Assembly (NCBI GenBank): GCA_963753595.1
Contig: CAVWCX010000034.1
Span: 55,404-119,403 of the forward strand
DNA length: 64,000 bases
Source of the DNA: Candidatus Methanoperedenaceae archaeon
GTDB lineage: Archaea > Halobacteriota > Methanosarcinia > Methanosarcinales > Methanoperedenaceae
Direction: 5' to 3'
Shown here: positions 50,418-60,632 of the stretch, piece after piece
Layout: each line of letters begins with the position of its first letter
How positions within the stretch are numbered: the first letter of the stretch is position 1
Position numbers and translations under genes: made by a program
Notes under the pieces: generated by a model
The model's input: the letters and a program-made list of their open reading frames with translations, nothing else
Told to the model about the DNA's origin: nothing
Database searches by the model: none

Positions 50418-51397
50418 TCAGTAATGATCGCTCCCCTGTTCCTCGCTTTTGTACTAAATACCAGCCCTTTACCGCCAAGAAGCTCACGTGCGATATTCTT
50501 AAGATTTTCCGAATCCTCCCCGAAAGCATACACCGTTGGCCCGAATGAACTCATACCGGCGCCATAAGCGCCGCCATCTCTTAAAGCCTGCATCAGATCC
50601 GATGAAACAGGCTGCAATTCAACTTCCCGTTTCTTAAAACCCAGTTCCTGGATCGCATCGATACTTTTCCCGAATGTAACTATGTTATTTTCAAAGAGCG
50701 CAGGAAGAAGCTGCATCAGGATCACATGGGAAAGCGCCTCAACTTCCCGGAGCGAGACCGGACATTCTTTCTGGAATATATCGACTTCGTTTTTTTGTGA
50801 TGCGCCTTTCTGTGCAGGCACAGCTACAACGATATCCCAATCAGGGAACTCTTTTCTTAATAAAACAGGCGCGGGGGGAAGCTTGCTTGCAGCCGAGGGA
50901 AGAAATGCTTTTTTTTCGCTGAACTTGTGCCCCCCGTCAAGGATGAATCCGCCATTTCCAAAAGCAGCAACACCAATGCCGCTTGTTCCTCCGCGCCCTG
51001 CTTTTACTGCGATCTCATTAACAGACAGGCCAAGGTCATATAATTCATTTACGGCCATGCCTGCCGCAAGAGCTGCCTGGGTACCTGAACCAAGGCCAAT
51101 ATGTGATGGGTAATCTTTTTCGATCGAGATTTGTATTCCCTCGCCATCAGGAAGCAGAGCCTTTGCGCTGTTCCTCATGCGGTCAATATGCTCGCTCTTG
51201 CCGGTTATTTCAATAATATCAGATTTTCGGGCTTTTATTTTTATTACAGGATTATCAAGAGTCAGGCCAATGCTTCCATCAACGCGCCCGATGCTTGCAT
51301 TCATGTCTATAAGGGTTAAATGCAGGCGGGAGGGGGTTATTATTTCGAGCATATTTTTCTGATTATGGCTTAGTACCTGGCTTTTATATTCATTCAA
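50408..51397 (-). CDS. mptG: Beta-ribofuranosylaminobenzene 5'-phosphate (RFAP) synthase, methanopterin biosynthesis
   Basis: TPSRLHLTLID, HIGLGSGTQ, GRGGTSGIG...GGFILDGGH, GMSSFGPTVY; true start probably at MLEII. Confidence 0.9.
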   Translation of the reverse strand: MNEYKSQVLSHNQKNMLEIITPSRLHLTLIDMNASIGRVDGSIGLTLDNPVIKIKARKSDIIEITGKSEHIDRMRNSAKALLPDGEGIQISIEKDYPSHIGLGSGTQAALAAGMAVNELYDLGLSVNEIAVKAGRGGTSGIGVAAFGNGGFILDGGHKFSEKKAFLPSAASKLPPAPVLLRKEFPDWDIVVAVPAQKGASQKNEVDIFQKECPVSLREVEALSHVILMQLLPALFENNIVTFGKSIDAIQELGFKKREVELQPVSSDLMQALRDGGAYGAGMSSFGPTVYAFGEDSENLKNIARELLGGKGLVFSTKARNRGAIITECP

Positions 51398-51403
51398 TGT
51401 GTA

Positions 51404-51512
51404 CCTTTACGTTCTGGAAAAATTAACAACTAACTTATACGAACTGATACGAACTCACGCGCCGGAGTTCGTTCGTGTTCGTTTTAGTTCGTTGTTTTTT
51501 TCATGTTCATTT
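51404..51512 (+). repeat. Dispersed palindromic ACGAAC repeat, copy E
   Basis: cctttacgttct...aacaactaacttatacgaactgatacgaactcacgcgccggagttcgttcgtgttcgttttagttcgttgttt...catgttcattt. Confidence 0.9.
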
Positions 51513-51590
51513 GCCACAGGCCGACCAGGGGTGTTTGATTTTTTTCACCGCCAGGGACGCAAAGTCGTGTAATGATAATTTTGACTAATT

Positions 51591-52463
51591 TTAATGCACT
51601 ATCTTCATAATATCCATTTCAAGTATATCTTCGGCGCCAAGAGCCTTGAGTTTGGGTATAAGGATATTGATCTCGCTCTTGCTTACCACAGTTTCGACCG
51701 CATAATAATCAGATTTATAGAGTTTTGAGACCGTTGGTCTTTTCATTGCGGGAAGACCGCTTACTACTGCATCAAGTTTGTCTTCAGGGACATTCATCAC
51801 TATGAAAACCTTGCCGCGCGCTTCAAGTACTGCCTGCAAAAGTATCCTGATCTCTTCGATCTCTTTTCTTTTCACAGGGTCTTTCATGGATTTCTTATTG
51901 GCTATGAGTTTTGTATTTGATTCAAGAATGATATCCACGATCTTTAATCCGTTTTTGCGAAGTGTCGATCCTGTCTCGGTCAGATCCACGATCACATCCA
52001 CAAGTTCAGGGACTTTAGCTTCGGTCGCGCCATAGGAATAACGAAGATCAACCTTTATTCCAAGCTTATCAAAAAATTTCTTCGTGAGGTTCGGGTATTC
52101 AGTCGAAATCCTGCTTCCCGGTTTTATATCCTTTGCGCTTTTGATGTCCTTATCATTCGGGACTGCGATTACGATCTTGACAATACCTTCACCCATCTTG
52201 CTGTAGAACATATCTGCGACTTCCACAACATCAGAATCAGATTCTATAACCCAGTCCTTTCCTGAGATCCCGAGGTCAAAATAGCCTTCTTCAACATATT
52301 TTGGGATTTCCTGGGGTCTTAATATCTTGACTTTCCTTATTCTCGGGTCTTTTACGGTTGGATTATACTCACGGTCAGTTTTTCTTATTTCAAGATCTGC
52401 TTGTTTAAATAAAAGGAGAGTCTGTTCTTCAAGACTTCCCTTGGGGAGAGCAATGTCTAACAT
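51591..52463 (-). CDS. hisG: ATP phosphoribosyltransferase (long form)
   Basis: IALPKGSL, RPQEIPKYV, TEYPN, GATEAK, IVDLTETGSTLRKNGL. Confidence 0.95.
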   Translation of the reverse strand: MLDIALPKGSLEEQTLLLFKQADLEIRKTDREYNPTVKDPRIRKVKILRPQEIPKYVEEGYFDLGISGKDWVIESDSDVVEVADMFYSKMGEGIVKIVIAVPNDKDIKSAKDIKPGSRISTEYPNLTKKFFDKLGIKVDLRYSYGATEAKVPELVDVIVDLTETGSTLRKNGLKIVDIILESNTKLIANKKSMKDPVKRKEIEEIRILLQAVLEARGKVFIVMNVPEDKLDAVVSGLPAMKRPTVSKLYKSDYYAVETVVSKSEINILIPKLKALGAEDILEMDIMKIVH

Positions 52464-52494
52464 AATAATTCGGATTCCTAAATGGATTCACTGA

Positions 52495-52944
52495 TTAAAA
52501 GCTTTGCTCACTATTCCTGCTCTTCTTAACAAGTTTGGTCTTATTGAATATCATTTCAAGAATTCCGTTCTTGTATGTGGTTTTTAACCCGGTTTTGTTA
52601 ACCCTTGCCGGCAATTCTACAAATTCATTTACTAAATTCTGCGGGTTATTTGCATAAATCCCAAGAGCTTTTCCCGAACATGCTATCATAATGTCCTTTG
52701 GTTCAATTTCAGCAAGCCCGATCAAAACATGTATCTTTTTTTCAGTTTCAAGTACATCCACAGGCGTTTTGTCTTTTCTTGTTATAAAAATGTCTTCCGG
52801 ATAAGCATTCATTACCGGTATAATATTAACAGAAACAGAGATGTTCACTGGCTTTCTATCCGGAATATCGCTCTCATCCATTATATTATTCAATGTTTCT
52901 CTCAATTTTTCGAGGAATTCCTCGAAATCATTTATTTTTTTCAT
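52495..52944 (-). CDS. Hsp20/alpha-crystallin-like protein
   Basis: [20 protein letters not shown]...[10 protein letters not shown]; downstream of cdc48. Confidence 0.75.
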   Translation of the reverse strand: MKKINDFEEFLEKLRETLNNIMDESDIPDRKPVNISVSVNIIPVMNAYPEDIFITRKDKTPVDVLETEKKIHVLIGLAEIEPKDIMIACSGKALGIYANNPQNLVNEFVELPARVNKTGLKTTYKNGILEMIFNKTKLVKKSRNSEQSF

Positions 52945-52954
52945 GTTTAATTCT

Positions 52955-55156
52955 TCATTTCTTGTTCTTATTGATAGCTTTTGTGATGTCAGCCATATCC
53001 TCGTATTCTTTCTGGTCCCATTGCGTGGGTCTTACCATAGTAAAAGCTGTCTCAAAATGTTCCTTTTGTATCCTGACGTTCGATGCTTCCTTTTTGACTG
53101 TCTCCCTGTCCATTCCCGGTTTGATCCAGCCACGTAGGGCGATTATGGCAGCTTCATGGCATATTGCCTCGATATCTGCACCGACATACCCTTGCGTCCT
53201 CTGCGCAAGCTCCTTTACATCAATTTCAGGAGCAAGCGGTTTTCCTTTAAGATGGAGATTGAATATGATCTCCCGTTCATTCAGGTCAGGAGAACGTACG
53301 TATATGAACCTCTCAAGCCTCCCTGGCCGAAGCAGGGCCGGATCGACCATATCCGGACGGTTAGTCGCTGCAACCACGACCACATTCTTAAGTTCTTCAA
53401 GCCCGTCGATCTCGGTCAATATCTGGCTCACCATTCTCTCTGTTACGCCGGTATCAAATGCAGTTCCGCGTGTCGGTACCATCGAGTCTATTTCATCAAA
53501 AAATATTATCGTGGGCGCGGCCTGCCTTGCTTTCCTGAATGTTTCCCTGATAGCTTTCTCTGATTCCCCGACATATTTACTCAGCAGTTCAGGCCCTTTG
53601 ATACTTATAAAATTTGCCTCACTTTCCGTAGCTATCGCTTTTGCAAGCATGGTCTTACCTGTACCGGGAGGACCAAAAAGAAGCACGCCTCTTGGGGGTC
53701 TTGTGTGAATTGCTTCAAAAGCCTCGGGATATTTCAGCGGCCATTCAACTGCCTCGATGAGTTCCTGCTTTACAGATTCCAGGCCCCCGATCTCTGTCCA
53801 CCGGACAGCCGGAACTTCGATGAACACTTCACGAAGTGCAGACGGCTCGATATTCTGGAGCGCATTCTGGAAATCCTCTCTTGTCACACATATCTTTTCC
53901 ATTATTTCAGCAGGGATCTCTTCTTCAATATTTATTATGGGAAGGATCTTTCGTATAGCGTGCATCGCAGCTTCCTTGCAAAGCGAAGAGAGGTCAGCGC
54001 CCACAAAACCATGCGTCATATCGGCGATCTCGCGTAAGCCTTTTTCTTCTGACATATCCTCAGCAAGCGGCATACCACGTGTGTGTATCTGGAGTACATC
54101 AAAGCGTCCAAGCCGGTCCGGGATGCCGATCTCGATCTCCCGGTCAAAACGCCCCCCTCGCCGCAGGGCCGCATCCACGGCATTTGGCCGGTTCGTAGCG
54201 GCGATCACAATGACCTGCCCTCGTTTTTTCAGGCCGTCCATCAATGACAGAAGCTGCGCAACAACACGCCTTTCCACTTCACCTGTGACTTCTTCTCTTT
54301 TTGGGGCTATGCTGTCTATCTCATCTATGAATATGATCGTAGGGGCGCTCTTTTCCGCATCTTCGAATATCTCGCGGATATGCTTCTCGGATTCCCCGTA
54401 GAATTTACTCATTATCTCCGGACCGCTTATCGAAACAAAATTCGCATCGGTTTCGTTTGCGACTGCTTTTGCGATCATGGTCTTCCCCGTCCCGGGCGGA
54501 CCGTGAAGCAGAACACCTTTTGGCGGCTCGATACCGAGTTTCTCGAAAAGTTCAGGATGCCGAAGAGGAAGTTCAATCATTTCCCTGATAAGGCCGATCT
54601 CACGCCGCAGGCCACCTATATCTTCATAGGTAAGATGGGTTTGCCGCACTTCGATCTCTTCTATGACCTCTTCTTTTACAACAAGGCTTGTTGTCCTTGA
54701 GACAATAACTGGTCCCTGGGGCTGTGTTGATATAACTATAAAAGACAATGGATTGCTGACTGTCTCAATGCGCATTCGCTGTCCTTTGGTAACAGGTCTT
54801 CCCTCAAGAAGCCGGATCAGGTACTGTGGACCTCCGACAAGGCGGATTTGCTCTGTTGGTGCAAGAACTACTCTTTTTGCGATCTGAGGATTTGATTTCT
54901 GGAGATATATTTTATCATCAATTCCCACGCGGGCATTTCCTCTTATGTTCCCGTCTATCCTTATCAGGTCCATCCCCTGGTCTTCAGGATAACCCGGAGC
55001 AGCTATGGCACACGCTTTATCTTTTCCGACCACCATTAAGATATCCCCACTCAAGATACCCATTTGTTCCATGATGTCGCGATCAATTCGTGCGATATCC
55101 CTGCCTACGTCCCTGTGATGGGCTTCGGCAACCCTCAGCATTATTTTATCGTTCAT
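52955..55156 (-). CDS. cdc48: CDC48/VAT family AAA+ ATPase
   Basis: N-domain plus two AAA modules (GPPGTGKT twice, [24 protein letters not shown]). Confidence 0.95.
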   Translation of the reverse strand: MNDKIMLRVAEAHHRDVGRDIARIDRDIMEQMGILSGDILMVVGKDKACAIAAPGYPEDQGMDLIRIDGNIRGNARVGIDDKIYLQKSNPQIAKRVVLAPTEQIRLVGGPQYLIRLLEGRPVTKGQRMRIETVSNPLSFIVISTQPQGPVIVSRTTSLVVKEEVIEEIEVRQTHLTYEDIGGLRREIGLIREMIELPLRHPELFEKLGIEPPKGVLLHGPPGTGKTMIAKAVANETDANFVSISGPEIMSKFYGESEKHIREIFEDAEKSAPTIIFIDEIDSIAPKREEVTGEVERRVVAQLLSLMDGLKKRGQVIVIAATNRPNAVDAALRRGGRFDREIEIGIPDRLGRFDVLQIHTRGMPLAEDMSEEKGLREIADMTHGFVGADLSSLCKEAAMHAIRKILPIINIEEEIPAEIMEKICVTREDFQNALQNIEPSALREVFIEVPAVRWTEIGGLESVKQELIEAVEWPLKYPEAFEAIHTRPPRGVLLFGPPGTGKTMLAKAIATESEANFISIKGPELLSKYVGESEKAIRETFRKARQAAPTIIFFDEIDSMVPTRGTAFDTGVTERMVSQILTEIDGLEELKNVVVVAATNRPDMVDPALLRPGRLERFIYVRSPDLNEREIIFNLHLKGKPLAPEIDVKELAQRTQGYVGADIEAICHEAAIIALRGWIKPGMDRETVKKEASNVRIQKEHFETAFTMVRPTQWDQKEYEDMADITKAINKNKK

Positions 55157-55238
55157 GGTTATTCCTGATTATATTTTTGTCGTGATAATACTTAAAACAT
55201 GATGTGAAGAAAAGCATACCATCGTGTGATTTCCCGAT

Positions 55239-56684
55239 TCAATACCTGGGGCATCTTGCGCGTGCAAGTATAACGGAAATTCCCCTGGTTTTAAGTTTTG
55301 TTTCCAATAAGCTTTTTATAATAGTATGATTTGTTGGTTCAACAATAGCAGTATCCCTGATATAATAACTCAACAGCCCTGTCAGGTCAGGAACTTCCTG
55401 CCCTCCGGTCATGGCAGCCACTTCGTTCTGGAGAACAACTACAACGACTTCATGTTCATTATGGACTGCATTGACCAGAGCCGGAATACCTGAATGAGCA
55501 AGGCCATAATCACCGATGATGGCGATGCCTTTCCTGTTAAAACCGCATGCTGTACTTATAGATGAGCCAAGAGAGAAAGCAGCGTCAATAAGGCAAAGGG
55601 GCGGTGAGGAGGTCATGATGGAGCACCCAAGGTCGCCTGCAACAGGTACATCCAGCTCTTTTATTGCAAAATACAGAGGCATATACGGACAATCTTCGCA
55701 CATGGGGCGAAGGCCTCGTTTTTCTATTGTCTGGGGTACAATATCGCGCTTTACCGTATCATTATTAATATTTTCAAGGGCGCTTTTGATATCCTCAACT
55801 TTCGCGATGCCATACGGCATGTGTCCCGTGAGCTTCCCGAACAGTCTTTTTGAAAACTGTTTTTCAATAACGGGCTCGGTCTCTTCCACAACAAGTACCC
55901 TCGAATGCTCTTTTATGAAACGGTCGATAAGGTCAATGGGCAGGGGATTTACGATAGTGAGGTAAAGATGGGAAATATCCTCTGGTATTATGGAATCAAC
56001 AAGCGATGAGGGAAAACCCGATGAGATTATTCCAATAGCGCCTTTTTTCTTATATATATTTAATTTTGAGGCTTCGGCGTACTTACACATCTGTGGATAG
56101 GATTCAGCATGGAAACGCTGATGTTTCCCGAGCATCGTCAGATGCCATATTTTTTTATCAATTGGTTTTGATTGGTATGGTTCGATTTTTCGCAAAAACT
56201 CGCCATTACTTTCCAATAACCTTCCAGTAAGCCTGATTATCACAGGAGTTCTTACTTTTTCAGATAACATGAAAGCTTCTTTCACACAAATATAAGCATT
56301 TTCCGTTGTTCCCGGGTCAAATACCGGGACTTCTGCGATCGCTCCGTAAAAACGCGAATCCTGCTCATTTTGCGATTTTTCGATACCGGGGTCATCCCCT
56401 GCAAAAATCACAACGCCTGCGCCGATCGTATGTATTGTTGAGGTTACAAGAGGGTCTGAAAGTATATTCATGCCAACATGTTTTGTAATGACTGCACTTC
56501 GCAACCCGCATACCGATGAGCCCAATGCCATTTCAAGAGCCACTTTTTCATTAATTGACCATTCGCGCCTGATATTATCGCCAAGTCTTTCCATTAGGTC
56601 TGTTATCGGATAACCCGGAACACCAGTGACTTTTTTCACGCCGCTGTCAATAATTCCGCTAACTATTGCTTCAAGCCCTTTCAT
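55239..56684 (-). CDS. Thiamine-pyrophosphate-dependent IorA-like protein (short, no ferredoxin tail)
   Basis: GVPGYP, NEKVALE, KHVGMN, GDDP...SQNEQDSR, MCEDCPY, GDLGC, IGD...HSG, NEVAAMTGGQ. Confidence 0.85.
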   Translation of the reverse strand: MKGLEAIVSGIIDSGVKKVTGVPGYPITDLMERLGDNIRREWSINEKVALEMALGSSVCGLRSAVITKHVGMNILSDPLVTSTIHTIGAGVVIFAGDDPGIEKSQNEQDSRFYGAIAEVPVFDPGTTENAYICVKEAFMLSEKVRTPVIIRLTGRLLESNGEFLRKIEPYQSKPIDKKIWHLTMLGKHQRFHAESYPQMCKYAEASKLNIYKKKGAIGIISSGFPSSLVDSIIPEDISHLYLTIVNPLPIDLIDRFIKEHSRVLVVEETEPVIEKQFSKRLFGKLTGHMPYGIAKVEDIKSALENINNDTVKRDIVPQTIEKRGLRPMCEDCPYMPLYFAIKELDVPVAGDLGCSIMTSSPPLCLIDAAFSLGSSISTACGFNRKGIAIIGDYGLAHSGIPALVNAVHNEHEVVVVVLQNEVAAMTGGQEVPDLTGLLSYYIRDTAIVEPTNHTIIKSLLETKLKTRGISVILARARCPRY

Positions 56685-57571
56685 AAAAATACCGATTCAT
56701 CATTTCTTGAAAACCAGGGAAGAGCCGCAAGCGCTCCTATTATGCCTTTTCCATCTATGCAAATTTCTACGTTATTTTTTGCGGCTGTTTCCAGGGTCAA
56801 TTCTTTAGAGATCATTTTGCTTCTGCAAAGCCTGCTGTATTCCATAAGAGAATAGGCGTCAAATTCAGATAAAGCGACCATTCCCGTCTCAGGGGAAACA
56901 CTGTATTTAAGAAGCCCTTCTTTTATTTTAGCAAGTAAATCTTCCTTTGCTCCATCCATGCAGGCAAATTCAAGCACAGTCCCCACGCAGTTCTGGGTCC
57001 TGTCAGGCACAGGATAAAGCTGGACAAGTGTATGTGAAATATATTTATGTTCCAGGGAATCAACGGCCGCCCCGATATTATGGGCCAGGGTCCACGTGGC
57101 TCCCACTTCCTTTGAATCAGTATTGTCCATTCCAACAAGGACTCTTTCCCTGCGCGGAACTACGATCGTACCGCTTGCGCGTTTTCCCCCGCCTGACTCT
57201 GAAATTCTGGAGCGAAGAACTCCTTTTGCGCATGCCCTGCATGTGGTTGCCCCAACTCCTCCGCCTCCGAGGCCGCTGTAGGTTATCTCTATTTCATCAT
57301 TATTCACGATGACTGACTCAATACCAGCGGCAGCTGTTGACGATTGCAGCTCCAGGTTTGACCTTCCCACACGTACAAGGTAGCGCATCATGTCCCCGAC
57401 AGAGCGGCTTTTGATGACAAGCGGGCTTTTAGAATAATGATACAGCGCCCATGCTGAGCCGCCATAACAATTGGAATGTTCCATAATTTCCACAGATTCA
57501 TTCTTGCGGTCGGCTACTGCATAAATTCCTTTATACGGTACGGTGTAGGGATCTTGTAGGTGCATAATCAT
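56681..57571 (-). CDS. Methanogenesis marker protein 11 (DUF1743/TiaS-related)
   Basis: DPYTVPYKGIYAV, CYGGSAW..YHY, AAGIE, YSGLGGGGVGA, DNTDSKEVGATW, TQNC. Confidence 0.8.
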   Translation of the reverse strand: MIMHLQDPYTVPYKGIYAVADRKNESVEIMEHSNCYGGSAWALYHYSKSPLVIKSRSVGDMMRYLVRVGRSNLELQSSTAAAGIESVIVNNDEIEITYSGLGGGGVGATTCRACAKGVLRSRISESGGGKRASGTIVVPRRERVLVGMDNTDSKEVGATWTLAHNIGAAVDSLEHKYISHTLVQLYPVPDRTQNCVGTVLEFACMDGAKEDLLAKIKEGLLKYSVSPETGMVALSEFDAYSLMEYSRLCRSKMISKELTLETAAKNNVEICIDGKGIIGALAALPWFSRNDESVFL

Positions 57572-57617
57572 TGGTTTTAAGTATTTAATCTGATATATGA
57601 GTTATGGGTATAATTAA

Positions 57618-59477
57618 ATGACATATAGAATCCTATGTATCTTTTTACTAATTTTAACCATAAATGGTGTTAGTGCGCTTGAAGATGGTGTTTTGGTCCC
57701 TCTTGTTGCTGACCGAAGCAGTGGGGACGGTGAGGAGGGAATCCTTCTTGGCGCTGAGGTAATTGTCACGAACGGCACAGGTCATGTATTCGTGGACACT
57801 AATCCCTACACACAGGTTGACCTTCAGGGATCGGCAAGACTTGCAGCCATGGTGGCTTCCGATGTCCTTGGAGTAGATCAGAAGATATATGATTTCTATT
57901 ACATTATTGATATAAGTTCACCCATTATCGGCGGGCCTTCAGCTGGCGGGGCACTGACAGTGGCGACAATCGCTGCAATAAATAATTGGTCATTGAAACC
58001 CGATATTGTAATGACAGGAATGATAAATCCTGACGGTTCAATTGGGCCTGTTGGCGGAATACCATTCAAGCTTGAAGCTGCAGCGGCAGAAAATGCCACG
58101 CTTTTCCTGATACCGGAAGGACAGAGTACAGTTACAGTAACAAAAACATCATCCAGTTCAAAGGGCCCACTAATAATCGTTGGAGCTAATGAGGAAACTG
58201 TGGATGTTGTTGAGCTCGGGAAAAAACTCAATGTCACAGTTAAAGAAGTAAATACTATACAGGAAGTTGTCCTTGCATTTACAGGCCATGAGATCACTAA
58301 ACCCTCATATAAGGGCGCTATTCTTACAATTCAATATATGGAACTTCTCAAACCTCTTGCAGAGAACCTGAAAAGCGAATCCGGAAATATGTACGTGGAA
58401 ATAGAATCAAAGATACCAAAAACCCAGTTCACAGAGACTGCAAAAGATATCCTTGACAGGGCAAATAAGATGTATGATGATAAGAAATACTACGCTGCAA
58501 CATCCTTATATTTTAATTCAATGTACACGATGCGCTTTGTTGAATGGAAAGACGGATTTGATAAAGCACCTGATAAAGAGCAATATCTTGACGAGATCAT
58601 TAGAAGAGTAGATAAACAAATCAATGCCTCTGAGAATGACCTTGAAAACTTTACATTGTACGGGGTAAGCGATGTGGAAGCAGCAGGAGCTGCCGAATCA
58701 AGGATCACAACTGCCAGAATAAGACTTGATGACGCCAAAAAAATCAATGATACTGAGGAGAAAATATCATCGCTTGCCTTTGCTAATGAGAGGGCGCGTA
58801 CTGCGCAGTGGTGGCTTACACTTGCAACACCAGATGGGAATATCGTGCCTGAAAAAACATTAAAAGACCGCGCAGGATGGTACCTGAGCCAGGCCCAATC
58901 CATCAATACCTATCTGTTCACCCTGGCATCAGAAAGCGGGTCGCATCCGGAAATAATCGGAGGCAGTAGTGAGGACCTGGACCATGCCCAAAAAGAAATG
59001 GAGCGCGGCTATTATGCAGGTGCGATTTTTGATTCACTTCAGGCTACAACAAAAGCCAGTACCATGATAGGATTATTAGGGAAGTCGGATGCGCAAAAAA
59101 AGGTTGATGAAAGCTACGAAGATGCAAAAGTGGCTATCAATGAAGCCCGTACTGCGGGAATTGAACCAACGCTTGCTGTCAGTGCTTATGAGTACGGGGA
59201 AACCATGACAAACCCCTATGATAAGATCTCCCAATATTCATATGCGAAAATGATCGCAAAAACATCCATTGTGCTTCAGTCACATTCCATCCCTTCAAAT
59301 CAAACACCTGTTAAACCGGTCATTACTCCTTATGTTTCAGAACCATTTGAGCCTTTGATGCCATCGCCTGATGTTACAGTGAAAAGATCTAAAACTAAAA
59401 TTGAAGTGCCGGGTTTTGAAGGAATTATGGCTGTATCGATATTGCTTGTCGCCAGAAGGTTATATAAAAAAAAATGA
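57618..59477 (+). CDS. Secreted Lon-like (S16) serine protease with a PGF-CTERM-like anchor
   Basis: IGGPSAGGAL, MTGMINPDGSIGPVGGIPFKLEAA; C-terminal VPGFEG-TM-RRLYKKK. Confidence 0.85.
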   Translation: MTYRILCIFLLILTINGVSALEDGVLVPLVADRSSGDGEEGILLGAEVIVTNGTGHVFVDTNPYTQVDLQGSARLAAMVASDVLGVDQKIYDFYYIIDISSPIIGGPSAGGALTVATIAAINNWSLKPDIVMTGMINPDGSIGPVGGIPFKLEAAAAENATLFLIPEGQSTVTVTKTSSSSKGPLIIVGANEETVDVVELGKKLNVTVKEVNTIQEVVLAFTGHEITKPSYKGAILTIQYMELLKPLAENLKSESGNMYVEIESKIPKTQFTETAKDILDRANKMYDDKKYYAATSLYFNSMYTMRFVEWKDGFDKAPDKEQYLDEIIRRVDKQINASENDLENFTLYGVSDVEAAGAAESRITTARIRLDDAKKINDTEEKISSLAFANERARTAQWWLTLATPDGNIVPEKTLKDRAGWYLSQAQSINTYLFTLASESGSHPEIIGGSSEDLDHAQKEMERGYYAGAIFDSLQATTKASTMIGLLGKSDAQKKVDESYEDAKVAINEARTAGIEPTLAVSAYEYGETMTNPYDKISQYSYAKMIAKTSIVLQSHSIPSNQTPVKPVITPYVSEPFEPLMPSPDVTVKRSKTKIEVPGFEGIMAVSILLVARRLYKKK

Positions 59478-59524
59478 CATTGTAAAAATATCATAACTTC
59501 GCCTTGTGCCCAAAACAGAACAGC

Positions 59525-59947
59525 TCAAATGCCCAAATATGAGCCAATTGCATTTTTAAATTTATAAAAATCGTCTAAATAATTACTCAGGTTATGATAG
59601 ACTATTTCATCATTAACATACCCGTAACGGTGAATCAAAACATTTCTAAATCCCTTCAGGTCTTTTAGCTTCTCGCCTAAATCCTTTTTTAATATTCCAT
59701 TTTCAATAAGAATATCGAAAATATTTTCTTCATTCGAAGGTAAACCCAGCTTTTGCGCAGAAACGATCATTGCTGATACATCTATCAATGATTCGATCGC
59801 CACTTCTACGGTTTTTTCACATGCTCTTCTTTTAATAAGGTCATGAAGATATTCTTCTTCTTCTGGAAGCATTTCATGCAATTCCTGAACATATCTTGTC
59901 ATCTCATCCAGCTTTGTGAATATGCGTTCCCTGTCTGATCGCTCCAT
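59525..59947 (-). CDS. hepT: HepT/DUF86 HEPN toxin
   Basis: GFRNVLIHRY (Rx4H motif). Confidence 0.88.
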   Translation of the reverse strand: MERSDRERIFTKLDEMTRYVQELHEMLPEEEEYLHDLIKRRACEKTVEVAIESLIDVSAMIVSAQKLGLPSNEENIFDILIENGILKKDLGEKLKDLKGFRNVLIHRYGYVNDEIVYHNLSNYLDDFYKFKNAIGSYLGI

Positions 59948-59950
59948 ATA

Positions 59951-60355
59951 TTACACCCCCAAACCTGAATAATATAATTTCAGGCGCGGTTTAAAATCTT
60001 CAAATTCCCTGATGGTTTTCATGAAAATATTAAAGATGTCTTTATATGACTTATAATATATTAATTCCCCCGTTAAAAGGATTTCATTCTGGATATACAA
60101 TGGCAAATCCTGAAAGGTTTGAATATCAAATTTACTGCCCGCCCTGCCTAGGATTTTCACCCTGAAATCAAATCTCTCCCTCTTATCGCCATCGTAATAA
60201 ACTGCAAAGTCAATATCAGATAAACTTGTGCTTTCTCCTTTTGCCACTGATCCATACAGCACTATGAACCTTATCTTCGCTCCCCCCAGGTTTTTTATCT
60301 TCGTAATGACACTGGATAAATCCTGTCCCAGAGGTTTTTTTGAATCCATTTTCAT
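59951..60355 (-). CDS. mntA: MntA-type nucleotidyltransferase antitoxin
   Basis: LYGSVAKG....LSDIDFAV; immediately upstream of the HEPN gene. Confidence 0.88.
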   Translation of the reverse strand: MKMDSKKPLGQDLSSVITKIKNLGGAKIRFIVLYGSVAKGESTSLSDIDFAVYYDGDKRERFDFRVKILGRAGSKFDIQTFQDLPLYIQNEILLTGELIYYKSYKDIFNIFMKTIREFEDFKPRLKLYYSGLGV

Positions 60356-60632
60356 TTATTAACCTTTTATAAGTACTTTGGTGTATTTTCCAGGTTCTTT
60401 CCTTGAAAATCATTTGACATTATCTTATATTGTTGGATTCATATTTAATACTTCTGAGTTTGGTTTTTCGCGCCCGCTTCGCACTTTTGCTGGGGCGGCT
60501 GTTGAATACGCAGGTCAACGAGTTGACTCGAATGATCTTGCTCATTTATTCCCAGCTCTGCTCCAGGGAGATTTAGGTTGATATCAACACATTCCATTAA
60601 TTATATCCCTGATGCTATCGTAAAAAGCAGTC

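Noticed and set aside
25089-51512. ACGAAC repeats as a CRISPR array
   Set aside because: Copies are kilobases apart, with no repeat-spacer periodicity and no cas genes in the window
53757-54401. Long antisense ORFs (here and opposite thiC, herA, serS, the P-type ATPase etc.)
   Set aside because: Shadow frames of well-supported genes with no recognisable motifs
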